Positions 1 through 10,798 of a stretch of DNA of 64,000 nucleotides are shown here, in pieces (the stretch's first letter is position 1; each line of letters opens with the position of its first letter). The stretch comes from an uncultured Ignavibacteriaceae bacterium (GTDB lineage Bacteria > Bacteroidota > Ignavibacteria > UBA10030), in assembly GCA_964480945.1 (NCBI GenBank), contig CAYZRX010000005.1:21556-85555 (forward strand). The letters run 5' to 3'. The notes under the pieces were generated by a model. That model worked only from the letters and a program-made list of their open reading frames with translations. It was not told the origin of the DNA and searched no databases. Made by a program: the position numbers and the translations under genes.

Positions 1-1547
1 CCTCCTAATTCGGCGAATTCCGCTTCAGCAGTCGAGTCGACTTCGAATGCAACGACCGAGCCGGCCAAGGCCTCGATTTGCGAGACGTACGCTTGTTTAC
101 CCGCGTCAAACGTCGCCTTCTGTGTTGGGAACCAGTTCAGGTCACCAATTGGCAAGCCATCCGTGCCGGCGGTTTTGAGAGTAGCATCGGTATAGGAGAA
201 GTCCTCTGGCAAGGGCCACACTTCATCGGAGGCGAGTACCGTGGGTTTGTAGAAATACGGTGTCGCCGGAGTGAAGCCTCCGCGCAGCAACGTGATATTC
301 GACCACATCGAATCGATCATCGTGGCACCGGTGACACTAAACTTCGGCTGCAACCAGTTGGCGTCGGATGGCGGGTAGGTGGCCAGACCTGCCGGGAGGC
401 TGGTCAACCACACCGTGTCCGTGCTTCCGGCGTGCCCAATATTCATATGTTCCGTGTATTGACTGACGTAATCAAGTTTTGAAACGGGGTCGAGGAAGTA
501 CGCTCGGTGGATTGTATCGCCGTACAACGTGACGAATTTCGGATCAAGATACGCGTACTGCTTGGCAATGACAATCCGGCGCCCTTCTTCTGGACCATAC
601 GTTGACGGCAATGCACCGATGGTGTACAAGCCGTTATGCACTTGCCTCGGATCACGACCAGAACTCGTCATATCGGCGAATCCTTCACCCTGCCACCAGC
701 AATTAATAAGAAGATTGTTGGCGATGTAAGCATTCTGAAACCAGTTCCCCACTGTGATCGACCGGCCAACGTTGACAAACGTGTTGTGGTTGATGCGCAA
801 GTAGGTGGCAGAACCGCCCTCAAGCTGGAACGCGGTGAATTCAACGTTGAAAAATGTGTTATTCTCAACGATGACAGTATCTTGATCTGCCCAGATCGAT
901 ATGCCGCGCCCTTCCCACTGCTGTGTGCTTGGCGAGCCGATCAGGTTGCGGAACTTGTTGTTCGTATAGTAGATCTTGTTGCCGGTCGCAGTGTAGGCGA
1001 CCACCGCAAAGTTGCTTTGTTCAATGATACAATTATCGACAACGAATTTGTGATTCTTTGCGTCTATTTGAATGGGCTGATATGCCGTTTGCACCCCCTG
1101 CGAATTCGTACGCCCAGTAATGTAGAGGTTTTTCAGCGTCAGGTCGTTCAGGCCTGTGATCAGACGTGCGTCCGCTGCGGTGCCGTCATCCCTCAGGTCC
1201 ATCAGTTGGACCATAGCCGGATAGTTGTTCGGGTCACTCATGTCGTAGGGCTGGCCCACAATGGTCAACGGAAACGATGAGTTCTCAATACGATCCGCCT
1301 CCCAATAGACTCCGTTGAGCATGAGCAGGTAGACGCGATTCAAGTTTGCCCTTGACCCATCGGCGGCCGTATCCCCTAGGACGGCATTACGAAGTGCATT
1401 CGTAACAGGCAGAAAAGTCGTGGGGTTCTGCCAGTCGACGTACATCGTGTCACCATGAATGACACTCTGCGCTTTCGCGTGCTGGCAAGGAACCAGCAAT
1501 ACCCCCACAACAAAAGCAAAGAGTATCAAAGAGTAGAAGGATTTCAT
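1..1547 (-). CDS. Secreted beta-helix-like protein downstream of TBDR (3' end runs off the window; absent from the ORF track)
   Basis: Manual translation from ATG 1547 (GAGGAG upstream): MKSFYSLILFAFVVGVLLVPCQHAKAQ signal peptide, NNTF-type repeats, GLPIGDLNWFP motif, open to position 1 (ends ..STAEAEFAELG). Confidence 0.85.
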   Translation of the reverse strand, partial: MKSFYSLILFAFVVGVLLVPCQHAKAQSVIHGDTMYVDWQNPTTFLPVTNALRNAVLGDTAADGSRANLNRVYLLMLNGVYWEADRIENSSFPLTIVGQPYDMSDPNNYPAMVQLMDLRDDGTAADARLITGLNDLTLKNLYITGRTNSQGVQTAYQPIQIDAKNHKFVVDNCIIEQSNFAVVAYTATGNKIYYTNNKFRNLIGSPSTQQWEGRGISIWADQDTVIVENNTFFNVEFTAFQLEGGSATYLRINHNTFVNVGRSITVGNWFQNAYIANNLLINCWWQGEGFADMTSSGRDPRQVHNGLYTIGALPSTYGPEEGRRIVIAKQYAYLDPKFVTLYGDTIHRAYFLDPVSKLDYVSQYTEHMNIGHAGSTDTVWLTSLPAGLATYPPSDANWLQPKFSVTGATMIDSMWSNITLLRGGFTPATPYFYKPTVLASDEVWPLPEDFSYTDATLKTAGTDGLPIGDLNWFPTQKATFDAGKQAYVSQIEALAGSVVAFEVDSTAEAEFAELG

Positions 1548-1613
1548 AGATTACTCCTCAGTTTGTTGGTGAAAGGTTGTTGTGAATTGTTTAATGCGCT
1601 GCCACTTGAACTG

Positions 1614-4598
1614 TCAAAGCTTATATCGAATGCCCAGATCGATCGTCAGACCATAGTACTCGAGAGACGTTGGATTAATCTGCCGATATCCCAGAAGGCT
1701 TTCGTCGTGTCTGTTGTTCAGGTTGTTGAAATTGGCGTACAGTTGCAGGTTTTCACCCAATCTCTGTTGAACTGCAAGGTCCCATCGCGCATAGCGTGCT
1801 GTAAAAGCATCGGTAACCGGAGTTTGGCCGATTCCGGTCACTTTGTCCGATTGATAGAGATAGGATGCGCGAATTGAGAATCCTTTATAATCATAGCCGA
1901 TGGTAATGTTCGCAATATGCGCAGGCTGATCCGGCATTCGGCCCGTTTTGATCGTATCTGTGAGAACGATCGAGGTCAGAAACGTATGCGGAGGAACAAA
2001 GATGGTTTGAGGGGTGGTTTTGAACCGTTGCACATCGATGGTCGAAGTTATGTACGTCCAATTGAAGTTGAGTATCAACCCTTGAAGGAACGACGGCAGA
2101 TACCAGAAGTGCGTCTGCCAGTCAAACTCGATCCCCTTGTACACAGCCGGGTTAGGATTATTAATGTAGGTGTCAACTTGAGGGGCGCTCACGAGCCACG
2201 ACGCGGGCACGTTGAGTTCCGCGGGTAGCAGCTTCGCAACTGCTGTATCCATCTTTGGTATGGTTGCATACATGATCAAGTTGTCGATGCTCTTGTAAAA
2301 CGGAGAAACCGTCAGGAACCCGACATACTCCTGATAGACTGATACGGAGGCATCAAGGTTTTTGGAACGGGAGTCTCTTAGTCCCCCGTTGGCGGCCTTG
2401 ACATAGGACTGATACGTGTTAATGGACGTGATCGGCGCATACATCAAATAATCGGGCCGCGTGAGCGTTTCTGTCCCTGCCAGACGTATGATCAGCCAGT
2501 CGGCGGGTTGAATCTTCAAGTGCACCATGGGTAACCAGAAGCTATTGCGCCGCACATTTTCATTGTGCTGAAGATTTCCAGGGGGCTGTTGGACGTTCCC
2601 ATTGGTAATCACTTCCCTGAAACTCTGTCCGTGGTACGTCGTATGGTCGGCATCGTAGCGCACCCCAGGCAGCAACGTGACATACGGGCCGATGTTCAGT
2701 TCAGCCATGATGTAGCCGGCCTGATATTGCTCGATTCCATCGTAGTCACTTCCCAGCGAACCGATCGCATAATGCTGCCAGACATTCGAGGGCAATGTTA
2801 CCATGACATTCGTCAGCTTGCGCATGAGCCCGAGGTTGTAAACCATCCCCATCCGATACTGACCGTCCAAAAAATTTGAGCGTCCGAAATCGGCCAAGAA
2901 GCGAGAGATTGGCCAGACGTGCTTGGCAGAGATGAGTGTCGAATCTGCCACTACATTGAAGTCGTTGGGATACGTTACGCTGGCGGCGTAGATAAGACTC
3001 GAAACCGGTCCACCCCAGCTGCCGCCATATTGCAGGTTGCCACAACCCCATTGTTCCTGGTCGAATGTCCTATCCAGCCAGCGGAATTTCCCCCCCGTTT
3101 TTATGTACCCCGAGAGGTAGTCCGTCAAGCGGAAAGGGAGTTCGGCGTTGAACTGAACCATCTTCTGTTTTTCAATAAGCTTCGTGCTGTACGTATAGAT
3201 GTACGATAAACCCGTCAACGACGTATCGACACTCTCCAGCGTCCAGGCATCGATGAGTGGAGTCCTTGCCGTCGGAGCGCTGCTGGCTGCTGAATTCTCC
3301 TGAGCAAATTGATAGCGATAATCATTTGGATCGTCCGTTTTCGAACCGGTGGCCGCAGCACTCACATCATACCTGATCCAGCCAAAATCCTGTTTGATCC
3401 CCAAGCTGCTTGTATAGATGGACGTCGTAGAAATGTTCGACTGCAGCTGGTAGTAATGACTGTTATGAGTAAAATCCATGAGATCGCTGCGGTACGTTCC
3501 ATCCGTCCTAGCCTCGCTGTAGAACCCGTTGCCGGTGATTTCGCCGTACGGTACCTTGTAATCGAGCAGGAGGCTCCCACCGCGCCGACTCTTGAAGGCA
3601 TTGTTCTCCCTTAAGGTCAGATTGTCGACCGTAATATCGGAGAGAGTTTGGACGGCTGCCCCAGCACGGTAGGCTGCACTGAGTTGATCCGCGCTTCGAT
3701 TGTTCCGATCAGCATTCACCCCGGCGATAATGCCAAGGCTGCCGTCGAGAAAACGGTTGCTCACACTGACGTTTGAGTTGTAATTGCCTGTATAGCTCTG
3801 AATTTGATTGTAGCCCCCCTGGAGCATCGCATTCACTTGAAACTCGTCGGGTGCTTCTTTCAACCGGAGATTGATCGTCCCGCCAAGTGCATCCGCATCC
3901 ATGTCGGGGGTATTCGCCTTTTTCACCTCAATGCCGTCGAGCATACTCGACGATACGAGCGAAAGATCGACACTCCTGTCGTTGTCGTTCGTCGCGGGAA
4001 GCGCCACGCCGTTGATGGTGACAGTATTGTACTTTGGAGCGAGCCCACGAATTGCCACCGCTGTCGCTTCACCGCCATATCGGTCAATGGAGACACCCGG
4101 CAACCGTCCGATCGATTCGGCGGCATTGGCATCCGGCAATTCCTTGATGCGATCCGCCGCAACAATATTGGCGATGGTGTTTGATGCGAGCTGCTGATTG
4201 ATGGCGGCCTCTTGGCCTCGAGCCTGAGCTGTTACTATTACTGTTTCCCCTAGGATTGCTCGCGCTAGCAAAGCAAAATCCAATTCCACTGCCTGACCGC
4301 TGGCAATTCTCACTTCCTTGGAGATTGATACATAGCCAATGTATGACACCCGCACGGTATACGTACCTGGCGGAATGCTGCGCAGAATGAATCGACCATC
4401 CAGGTCGGCCGCAGCCCCTATCCCGGTACCTTGGATCATAACGTTGGCTCCAACGAGCGACTCGCTTGTCTCTCTGTCATAGACGCGCCCATTGATGGAG
4501 CCAGAGGCTTGGGCAAGCAGCGATTGATGCACAAAGAAAGACATTACCAGCAGACTGCAGGCAAGTACGCCTTGTCTACGGGAACCGTGGATGAGCAT
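1614..4598 (-). CDS. TonB-dependent receptor with N-terminal carboxypeptidase-regulatory-like domain
   Basis: SLVGANVMIQGTGIGAAADLDGRF N-domain, plug ELPDANAAESIGRLPGVS, C-terminal DLGIRYKL; start moved to ATG 4598 behind AGGAGG. Confidence 0.92.
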   Translation of the reverse strand: MLIHGSRRQGVLACSLLVMSFFVHQSLLAQASGSINGRVYDRETSESLVGANVMIQGTGIGAAADLDGRFILRSIPPGTYTVRVSYIGYVSISKEVRIASGQAVELDFALLARAILGETVIVTAQARGQEAAINQQLASNTIANIVAADRIKELPDANAAESIGRLPGVSIDRYGGEATAVAIRGLAPKYNTVTINGVALPATNDNDRSVDLSLVSSSMLDGIEVKKANTPDMDADALGGTINLRLKEAPDEFQVNAMLQGGYNQIQSYTGNYNSNVSVSNRFLDGSLGIIAGVNADRNNRSADQLSAAYRAGAAVQTLSDITVDNLTLRENNAFKSRRGGSLLLDYKVPYGEITGNGFYSEARTDGTYRSDLMDFTHNSHYYQLQSNISTTSIYTSSLGIKQDFGWIRYDVSAAATGSKTDDPNDYRYQFAQENSAASSAPTARTPLIDAWTLESVDTSLTGLSYIYTYSTKLIEKQKMVQFNAELPFRLTDYLSGYIKTGGKFRWLDRTFDQEQWGCGNLQYGGSWGGPVSSLIYAASVTYPNDFNVVADSTLISAKHVWPISRFLADFGRSNFLDGQYRMGMVYNLGLMRKLTNVMVTLPSNVWQHYAIGSLGSDYDGIEQYQAGYIMAELNIGPYVTLLPGVRYDADHTTYHGQSFREVITNGNVQQPPGNLQHNENVRRNSFWLPMVHLKIQPADWLIIRLAGTETLTRPDYLMYAPITSINTYQSYVKAANGGLRDSRSKNLDASVSVYQEYVGFLTVSPFYKSIDNLIMYATIPKMDTAVAKLLPAELNVPASWLVSAPQVDTYINNPNPAVYKGIEFDWQTHFWYLPSFLQGLILNFNWTYITSTIDVQRFKTTPQTIFVPPHTFLTSIVLTDTIKTGRMPDQPAHIANITIGYDYKGFSIRASYLYQSDKVTGIGQTPVTDAFTARYARWDLAVQQRLGENLQLYANFNNLNNRHDESLLGYRQINPTSLEYYGLTIDLGIRYKL

Positions 4599-4793
4599 AT
4601 TTTTCCTCCTCATGGACGCCTTTCTTTCAGACTCGGTGCTGAAGGACATTCTGGAATCCGTGTCTTGCGGACCACCTCTGTGAGTCGTTGGCGCCGCCGG
4701 AATAGGGCAGCGACCGCAATCCGATTGATTCCATCAGGGGTATTTCAGCAGCGCCCTCCACTCGTCTGCTTCCTGTGCGCGGGCGGTTGCGGA

Positions 4794-6635
4794 TCATTGC
4801 ACCACTTGTTGCTTGGAAGCCGAGTACGAGATCTCGACCCTGCTGATCTGAATCCCTTCGTTCAGTAGGATCTTGATGAATTTCGTCCCGGGCGGAATTT
4901 CGTCGCAGACATAGGAAACGGCATCATAGAAGCCGTAATCATTCGGCCCGAACCTGAAGACGCGAGTCTTTGTCGGGAGATCGGAAAAACTGTTGAGGCT
5001 GGAATCCGCCGCGAGGTGTAGATCGCTCCATTCCGACACGCGGAATGCGTCGACCGCGATGGCCGAGACGGTGGCCGGGACTTTGTAGACGACGTAGCTG
5101 CCCTTCTCACCGGTCAATCTGCTTCTGTCCTCTTTCGCCTTTCGAATGTCCTGAACCGTCAACAGCCTCAGCTCGCCGTCCTTCTGAAAGACCTGCTCAA
5201 ATGATTCCATCTCATCGACGATCTTCTTCGTCGCCACCCCGACGGGGCCGACAACATTCGAGTACTCCGACTCACCGGACTCGTTATCTGCCTTCACACG
5301 ATAGAGATACTTCCTGCCAAATTGGGCACTCGTATCGGAGAACAACGGCCGATATTGATATCTGCTCTCGTCAACGTTCACCGCGAGAACCCTCCACTCG
5401 GTGGAGTCCGCGTCTTTGCGCTCAACGACGTACGACTGGGCGCCCATCGAACCTTGCCACGAAATGGACGAGACATCATCGAAGGTCAACAATGTCGGTT
5501 TAGCCGGCAGAGGGAGCCGGGGCTGCAAACCGCCGTTGATCTCATATGCCTTCGCCCGGATGATACTCAGCACCATTCGTTCGTCATAGACTTCCCCATT
5601 TCTAAATCCCGGCCACCGGTACGCAGACACCCTGTTGTACTCATAGTGATGGTAGAAGCCTCCCTCTCTGTTTCTGAAGCGCAAACTCCACACCATCCCT
5701 CCCGCGATACCCTGATGAATGATCGTGTCAGTGATCGCCCGAATATCCTGGGTTGGGATAATTCCGTACTCACCGACGATGTACGGCTTGTTCCCTTTAG
5801 CCAACTTCTGGTTGCTCACGATGTACTGAAGAGAAAGATTCGGGTCGCCGTAGTGGTGAGTCGAGAGAATATCAATATTCGGGTCGCCGATCGCGTCCTG
5901 CGAGAGCTCCTTGGCGAGCGTCCCTTCGAGAACGAGATGATTGGTGTCGAGACTCTTCACAAACGCCGCAATCTGTCGTGTCCACGAAAAAGGAGCCACC
6001 AACTCATTGCCCGTCTCCCACGCCAAAATCGCCTTGTCGTTCTTGTAGGCGACGCCCGTGCACGTGTTCGTTCGATTGATCAAGAACTCGACGGTCTTTT
6101 CGAAATCCGCAACCAGGTCGGGGTCGGTCCAGAAGGCATCTCTCTCCTTTCCTCTGAACCCGGCATACTCGCGGACGCCCCCCCACCACTTCCAGTTGTC
6201 AACGAAAGGAATTATCACGCGAACGCCAAGTTCATTAGCGATCTGCAGTACCTTGTCGAGCGCGCAAAACGCATCCTCATTGAACTTCCCCGGTCCCTCC
6301 ACATGGCGAATGATGTCCGGCGTGTCGTCCTGCCGCCGGACCGACAGCACGTACATGCGCGTCACTCGACCACCCAGCTGCTTGATGGCCGCCAGCGCGT
6401 CCCGGATTTCAAATTCGTCGGGCAGCCGCCACGGATTTGTGCCGCTGAACGGAAGATAGTCCTCTAGATAATGCAGATTCGGGATGTTGAAGGAGATGAA
6501 CCGCACTTCGCGGTCACCATCCATCAACTTGTCAGCGTTTCGCGTGACAAAGTTTTTGAATTGGGCCTGCAGGTCTCCGCTAAGGAGAAACACCGCGATC
6601 CCGAGGAAAACCGAGGTATGGAGGGTGCGGCGCAT
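4794..6635 (-). CDS. GH5 endo-beta-1,4-mannanase-like enzyme with FN3 domain
   Basis: Signal peptide from ATG 6635; AWETGNE acid/base, STHHY, VGEYG nucleophile; FN3 (YLYRVKADNESGESEYSN). Confidence 0.8.
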   Translation of the reverse strand: MRRTLHTSVFLGIAVFLLSGDLQAQFKNFVTRNADKLMDGDREVRFISFNIPNLHYLEDYLPFSGTNPWRLPDEFEIRDALAAIKQLGGRVTRMYVLSVRRQDDTPDIIRHVEGPGKFNEDAFCALDKVLQIANELGVRVIIPFVDNWKWWGGVREYAGFRGKERDAFWTDPDLVADFEKTVEFLINRTNTCTGVAYKNDKAILAWETGNELVAPFSWTRQIAAFVKSLDTNHLVLEGTLAKELSQDAIGDPNIDILSTHHYGDPNLSLQYIVSNQKLAKGNKPYIVGEYGIIPTQDIRAITDTIIHQGIAGGMVWSLRFRNREGGFYHHYEYNRVSAYRWPGFRNGEVYDERMVLSIIRAKAYEINGGLQPRLPLPAKPTLLTFDDVSSISWQGSMGAQSYVVERKDADSTEWRVLAVNVDESRYQYRPLFSDTSAQFGRKYLYRVKADNESGESEYSNVVGPVGVATKKIVDEMESFEQVFQKDGELRLLTVQDIRKAKEDRSRLTGEKGSYVVYKVPATVSAIAVDAFRVSEWSDLHLAADSSLNSFSDLPTKTRVFRFGPNDYGFYDAVSYVCDEIPPGTKFIKILLNEGIQISRVEISYSASKQQVVQ

Positions 6636-6812
6636 GGGGCGGCTTTCTGGGATCGTAATGGGTTGCCTGCGGGCTCGGCTGCGCGAATTTGCAGAAGGAA
6701 AAGTCTCAATCCTGATGCCAACGCTCAGACGGCGAGCAACGCCCATGCCATCGGAAAAATGCCCAAAACACGTCTGGAAGGCAGCGGGGACGGACCTTCG
6801 GAAAGGCAGTCA

Positions 6813-6847
6813 ATATTATTATGATAAGGAATAATCAAAATGATAAA
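6813..6847. promoter_or_regulatory. AT-rich operator/promoter element, copy A (tandem TTATCA-N3-TGATAA-like sites)
   Basis: Reverse complement matches 23367-23400 at 31/34 nt; lies between divergent GH5 and epimerase genes. Confidence 0.6.
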
Positions 6848-6947
6848 ACTGAGAGCTGTCCCACATGCGTTCTGGCCTTCGAAGGACTACTCCTTCGTAG
6901 TACGTTTTTTGTTGAGTGTTTGGATACGTACAGTGCCATTCGAAACC

Positions 6948-8375
6948 ATGCTATCCTTTACCTCTGAGCCGGCCGGACTTTCCGAAGCAATGTATGGACA
7001 CCTCGACGAGGATCTGCTCCGAAAGTGGTATCCCCTCGTCATCGACAAGAAATGTGGCGGGTATTTTGCCAATATCACATACGATTGGCGGCTCGCTCCC
7101 GAACAGGAGAAAATGATCATCACGCAAGCCCGCCACGTGTGGACAACGACGAACGCCGCTGCGTTCGTCGCAGACAATTCCCCGTACGAAATCTTTGCCC
7201 GGCACGGTTTTCTTTTCCTGAGAGACATCATGTGGGACCAACGGTACGGAGGCTTTTACCAGATCCGCAGCCGGGAAGGCGGCTATTCGGACTGCAGAGG
7301 CTGGAGTGAAGAAAAGCGTGCCTACGGAAATGCCTTCGCGATCTACGCCCTTGCAGCGCTCTATGGCTTTGCGCACGATCCGGGCGTGCTCGATCTTGCC
7401 AAGAGAACGTTCGAATGGCTGGAAACGCATGCCTATGATCCGGAATTCAAGGGTTACTTCCAGTTCTTGACTCGGCATGGCGAACCATTCGACGAGAACA
7501 GCCAGTATCGATCTGTTGCTGCCGACTTCCGTGAAGCCGGCTTCAAGGATCAGAACTCTTCTGTCCACTTGCTGGCGGCGTACACCGAATTGTACCGTGT
7601 CTGGAAAGATGATATCGTCAGAGCTCGGCTCGCGGCGCTCCTCGAACTGATCCGCGACACCATGGTCACCAAGGACGGTTCTCTGCAGCTCTTCTTCACA
7701 CGCGATTGGACGCCCGTGAGCTTTCGGATGGCCTCAGAGCCGACGCGCTCGCTCAACTACACTCTCGATCACGTGTCTTTTGCGCACGATTATCAAGCAG
7801 CGTACCTCATGCTTGAGGCATCCTCTGTGCTCGGAATCGAGAACGACACGCGAACACTCACGGTCGCGAAGCGGATGCTTGACCACGCGATGGAGAACGG
7901 CTGGGACCGGGATCGTGGGGGCTTCTTCGACTGGGGCTATTTTCTCGAAGGATCGAACCGGTGCACCATCGTGAAGAGCACGAAAGCATGGTGGTCACAG
8001 GCGGAAGCTCTCAATGCCCTCCTTGTTTTCTCACGCATTTTCCCGGAGGAGGCCCGCTATCAGGAATTCTTCGAGAAGCAGTGGAACTACATCGACACAT
8101 ATCTTCTTGACCACCGTAACGGCGATTGGTATGAAGGCGGCATCGATATGGAACCATCATGCGCGACGGGCCCCAAAGGTCACATGTGGAAAGATGCCTA
8201 TCACACCAGCAGGGCTCTCATGAACTGCATCGCCCTCTTGAGCGAGCGAACGCAGAGAGAGACCGGAATCCACCGGCGAAAGCACGAGATGGAGGAGTTT
8301 GCCCAACACTGGAAGAACACGAAGTGTGCGGCCGATGAGAAGGCGAAAACGACCGTCGACTCCCGGCTCGAGTGA
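6948..8375 (+). CDS. AGE-family / cellobiose 2-epimerase-like protein
   Basis: KDQNSSVH, WWSQAE and WKDAYHTSRA motifs; start uncertain (6948 or 6990). Confidence 0.85.
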   Translation: MLSFTSEPAGLSEAMYGHLDEDLLRKWYPLVIDKKCGGYFANITYDWRLAPEQEKMIITQARHVWTTTNAAAFVADNSPYEIFARHGFLFLRDIMWDQRYGGFYQIRSREGGYSDCRGWSEEKRAYGNAFAIYALAALYGFAHDPGVLDLAKRTFEWLETHAYDPEFKGYFQFLTRHGEPFDENSQYRSVAADFREAGFKDQNSSVHLLAAYTELYRVWKDDIVRARLAALLELIRDTMVTKDGSLQLFFTRDWTPVSFRMASEPTRSLNYTLDHVSFAHDYQAAYLMLEASSVLGIENDTRTLTVAKRMLDHAMENGWDRDRGGFFDWGYFLEGSNRCTIVKSTKAWWSQAEALNALLVFSRIFPEEARYQEFFEKQWNYIDTYLLDHRNGDWYEGGIDMEPSCATGPKGHMWKDAYHTSRALMNCIALLSERTQRETGIHRRKHEMEEFAQHWKNTKCAADEKAKTTVDSRLE

Positions 8376-8506
8376 GTCAGTCCCGCCGACGCAGCACCTG
8401 AACTGCTTCTCCGATTTCTGAAAAAATGATAGTTCGAAGCCTCAGAAAACCTGCTGAGTCGTTCAGAGATCGATCTCAGCACGAAACCTTCACGAGAAAG
8501 AGCGGA

Positions 8507-10705
8507 ATGACATTTTCGTTTCGAGCAGCGAAAACACTGATCGCGTCCGTTGTCCTTCAATGGACTCTCCCCGTGTGGGCACTGCAGGCACAGGATTACA
8601 TTAACCCCTCCCTTCCTCTCCACCAGCGGGTCGCCGATCTGCTGGGGAGAATGACGCTGGACGAGAAGATTGGCCAGATGATGCAGGTAGACCTGTCCGC
8701 TCTCCGCGGCAGAATGTCCGACGTCAGCGCGTACGGTTTCGGTTCGGTTCTGAGCGGCGGCGACTCAGATCCCCCCACGGGCAACTCCGCACTGAGTTGG
8801 AGTACAACCTGCAATTCTGTACAGAGCCACGCCCTGGCAACACGGTTGAAGATCCCGGTGATCTACGGCATCGACGCCGTGCATGGACACAGCAATGTGT
8901 ATGGTGCAACGATCTTCCCGCATAACATCGGCCTGGGGTGTACAAGAGATCCGGCCTTGATTGAGCAGGCCGCACGGATCACAGCCGTCGAGATGGCTGC
9001 GACAGGCATCAGGTGGAACTTTGCTCCCATGATCGGGGTGCCGCGAGACATTCGATGGGGGAGAACCTATGAAGGGTTTGGAGAGACGCCTGAGCTCGCA
9101 CAATTGGGAAGCGTGCAGGTTCGTGGACTGCAGGGGGAGTCGCTGTCGAGCCCCACCAGCGTCCTGGCGTGTGCGAAACACTTCCTCGCCGACGGAGGGA
9201 CTCAGGATGGAAAAAATGCGGGAAACGCAGTGGGAGACGAGACTCTGATCAGAAAAATCCATCTACCCGGCTACCTCTCCGCGCTGAAGTATGGAGTCGG
9301 CAGTATCATGGTTTCGTACAGCAGCATCAACGGCGAGAAAATGCATGGGAGCAAGCACTGGCTCACCGACGTGCTGAAGGGAGAACTTGGATTCGGCGGC
9401 TTCCTCGTATCCGATTGGGGCGGGATCGACCAGCTTGGGCCTGATTACACACAGGACGTTGAGCGAAGCATCAATGCCGGCATCGATATGGTGATGCTCC
9501 CTACCCGGTACCGCGATTTTCGCGCGGCGATGAGAAGCCTCGTGACGAACGGGAGGATCACGATAGCCCGCGTGGACGATGCCGTGCGGAGAATTCTGAC
9601 AGCGAAGTTCGCCCTCGGCTTGTTCGAACATCCGTACGCGGATTCCTCGATGCTCCCGATCGTTGGCTCCGCGGAACATCGCGCGATCGCACGCCGGTGC
9701 GTTCGCGAGTCGATCGTTTTGCTCAAGAAGAAGGATGGCGTCCTACCCCTCCGCAAGACCGGCGGCCGAATCCTCGTCGCTGGAACACATGTTGACAACC
9801 TGGGCTATCAATGCGGCGGCTGGACAATCTCATGGCGAGGGGGAAGCGGGAATACAACGGTCGGTACGACCATTCTGGCGGGCATGAGGAGGGTAGCCCC
9901 GGCGGTCACCGTCGACTATTCCGAGACGGGTGACTTCTCCGACACCGCGGCGGACTACTCGGTGGTCGTGATCGGAGAAACGCCCTACGCCGAAGCACAG
10001 GGAGATCGAAGAGAACTTGCGCTCTCTTCATCCGACGTCAGCCTCATCAAGAAAATGAAGAGCTACGGTCACCCGGTCATCATCATTCTCATTTCCGGCC
10101 GGCCGTTGATCCTTGACGAGATTCTTCACTACAGCGACGCAATCCTCGCGGCCTGGCTTCCTGGGACGGAAGGAGATGGCGTAGCCGACGTCTTGTTCGG
10201 GGACTTTGCGCCGACGGGGCGCCTCTCTCACTCATGGCCTCGAAGTATGCGACAGGTGCCGATCAATGTCGGTGACGTGCCCTATGACCCTCTCTATCCC
10301 TACGGATATGGTCTGACGAGTTTCGACGACTCCCCAGCGGGATCCGCTCCGGTCTTCATGAGCGGCATTGTTCGGGAAGATGGGCGTCACATCGAGCTCA
10401 CGTTCAACAAACGGATGAAGGATCCTTCTTCCCTGCCGTCGTCATTCACTGTAATGAAGAGCGGGATGCTTTCCAGGACAATCTCAGCCGTTACCCTGAA
10501 GCCAGGAGACGGCACGACTGTTCTCCTGGAATTGAATACTGCGATCGCGGGAAGCGACAGCGTGACAATCGCTTACACGGCGGGTTCTCTCACATCCGCG
10601 GACGGAGGCGCTCTTTCACCATTCGGGCCTGTCGAGATCTACAATGCGTCGAAGGTTGCTGCCCGACGCGATCCCCAATCGGTTCGAGATTCAGGACGGA
10701 AGTGA
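8507..10705 (+). CDS. GH3 beta-glucosidase with C-terminal SwmB-like Ig domain
   Basis: IDAVHGH, AKHFLADGG, VSDWGG nucleophile, VIGETPYAE; signal peptide from 8507. Confidence 0.9.
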   Translation: MTFSFRAAKTLIASVVLQWTLPVWALQAQDYINPSLPLHQRVADLLGRMTLDEKIGQMMQVDLSALRGRMSDVSAYGFGSVLSGGDSDPPTGNSALSWSTTCNSVQSHALATRLKIPVIYGIDAVHGHSNVYGATIFPHNIGLGCTRDPALIEQAARITAVEMAATGIRWNFAPMIGVPRDIRWGRTYEGFGETPELAQLGSVQVRGLQGESLSSPTSVLACAKHFLADGGTQDGKNAGNAVGDETLIRKIHLPGYLSALKYGVGSIMVSYSSINGEKMHGSKHWLTDVLKGELGFGGFLVSDWGGIDQLGPDYTQDVERSINAGIDMVMLPTRYRDFRAAMRSLVTNGRITIARVDDAVRRILTAKFALGLFEHPYADSSMLPIVGSAEHRAIARRCVRESIVLLKKKDGVLPLRKTGGRILVAGTHVDNLGYQCGGWTISWRGGSGNTTVGTTILAGMRRVAPAVTVDYSETGDFSDTAADYSVVVIGETPYAEAQGDRRELALSSSDVSLIKKMKSYGHPVIIILISGRPLILDEILHYSDAILAAWLPGTEGDGVADVLFGDFAPTGRLSHSWPRSMRQVPINVGDVPYDPLYPYGYGLTSFDDSPAGSAPVFMSGIVREDGRHIELTFNKRMKDPSSLPSSFTVMKSGMLSRTISAVTLKPGDGTTVLLELNTAIAGSDSVTIAYTAGSLTSADGGALSPFGPVEIYNASKVAARRDPQSVRDSGRK

Positions 10706-10798
10706 CATTTCGAGAGTTGAAAAAAGAGGAACCGGCAACACGGCCGGGATGACGTTTTTCCGATTTCCCTCGCGATCAGAAACCACACCGGAGAAAAC

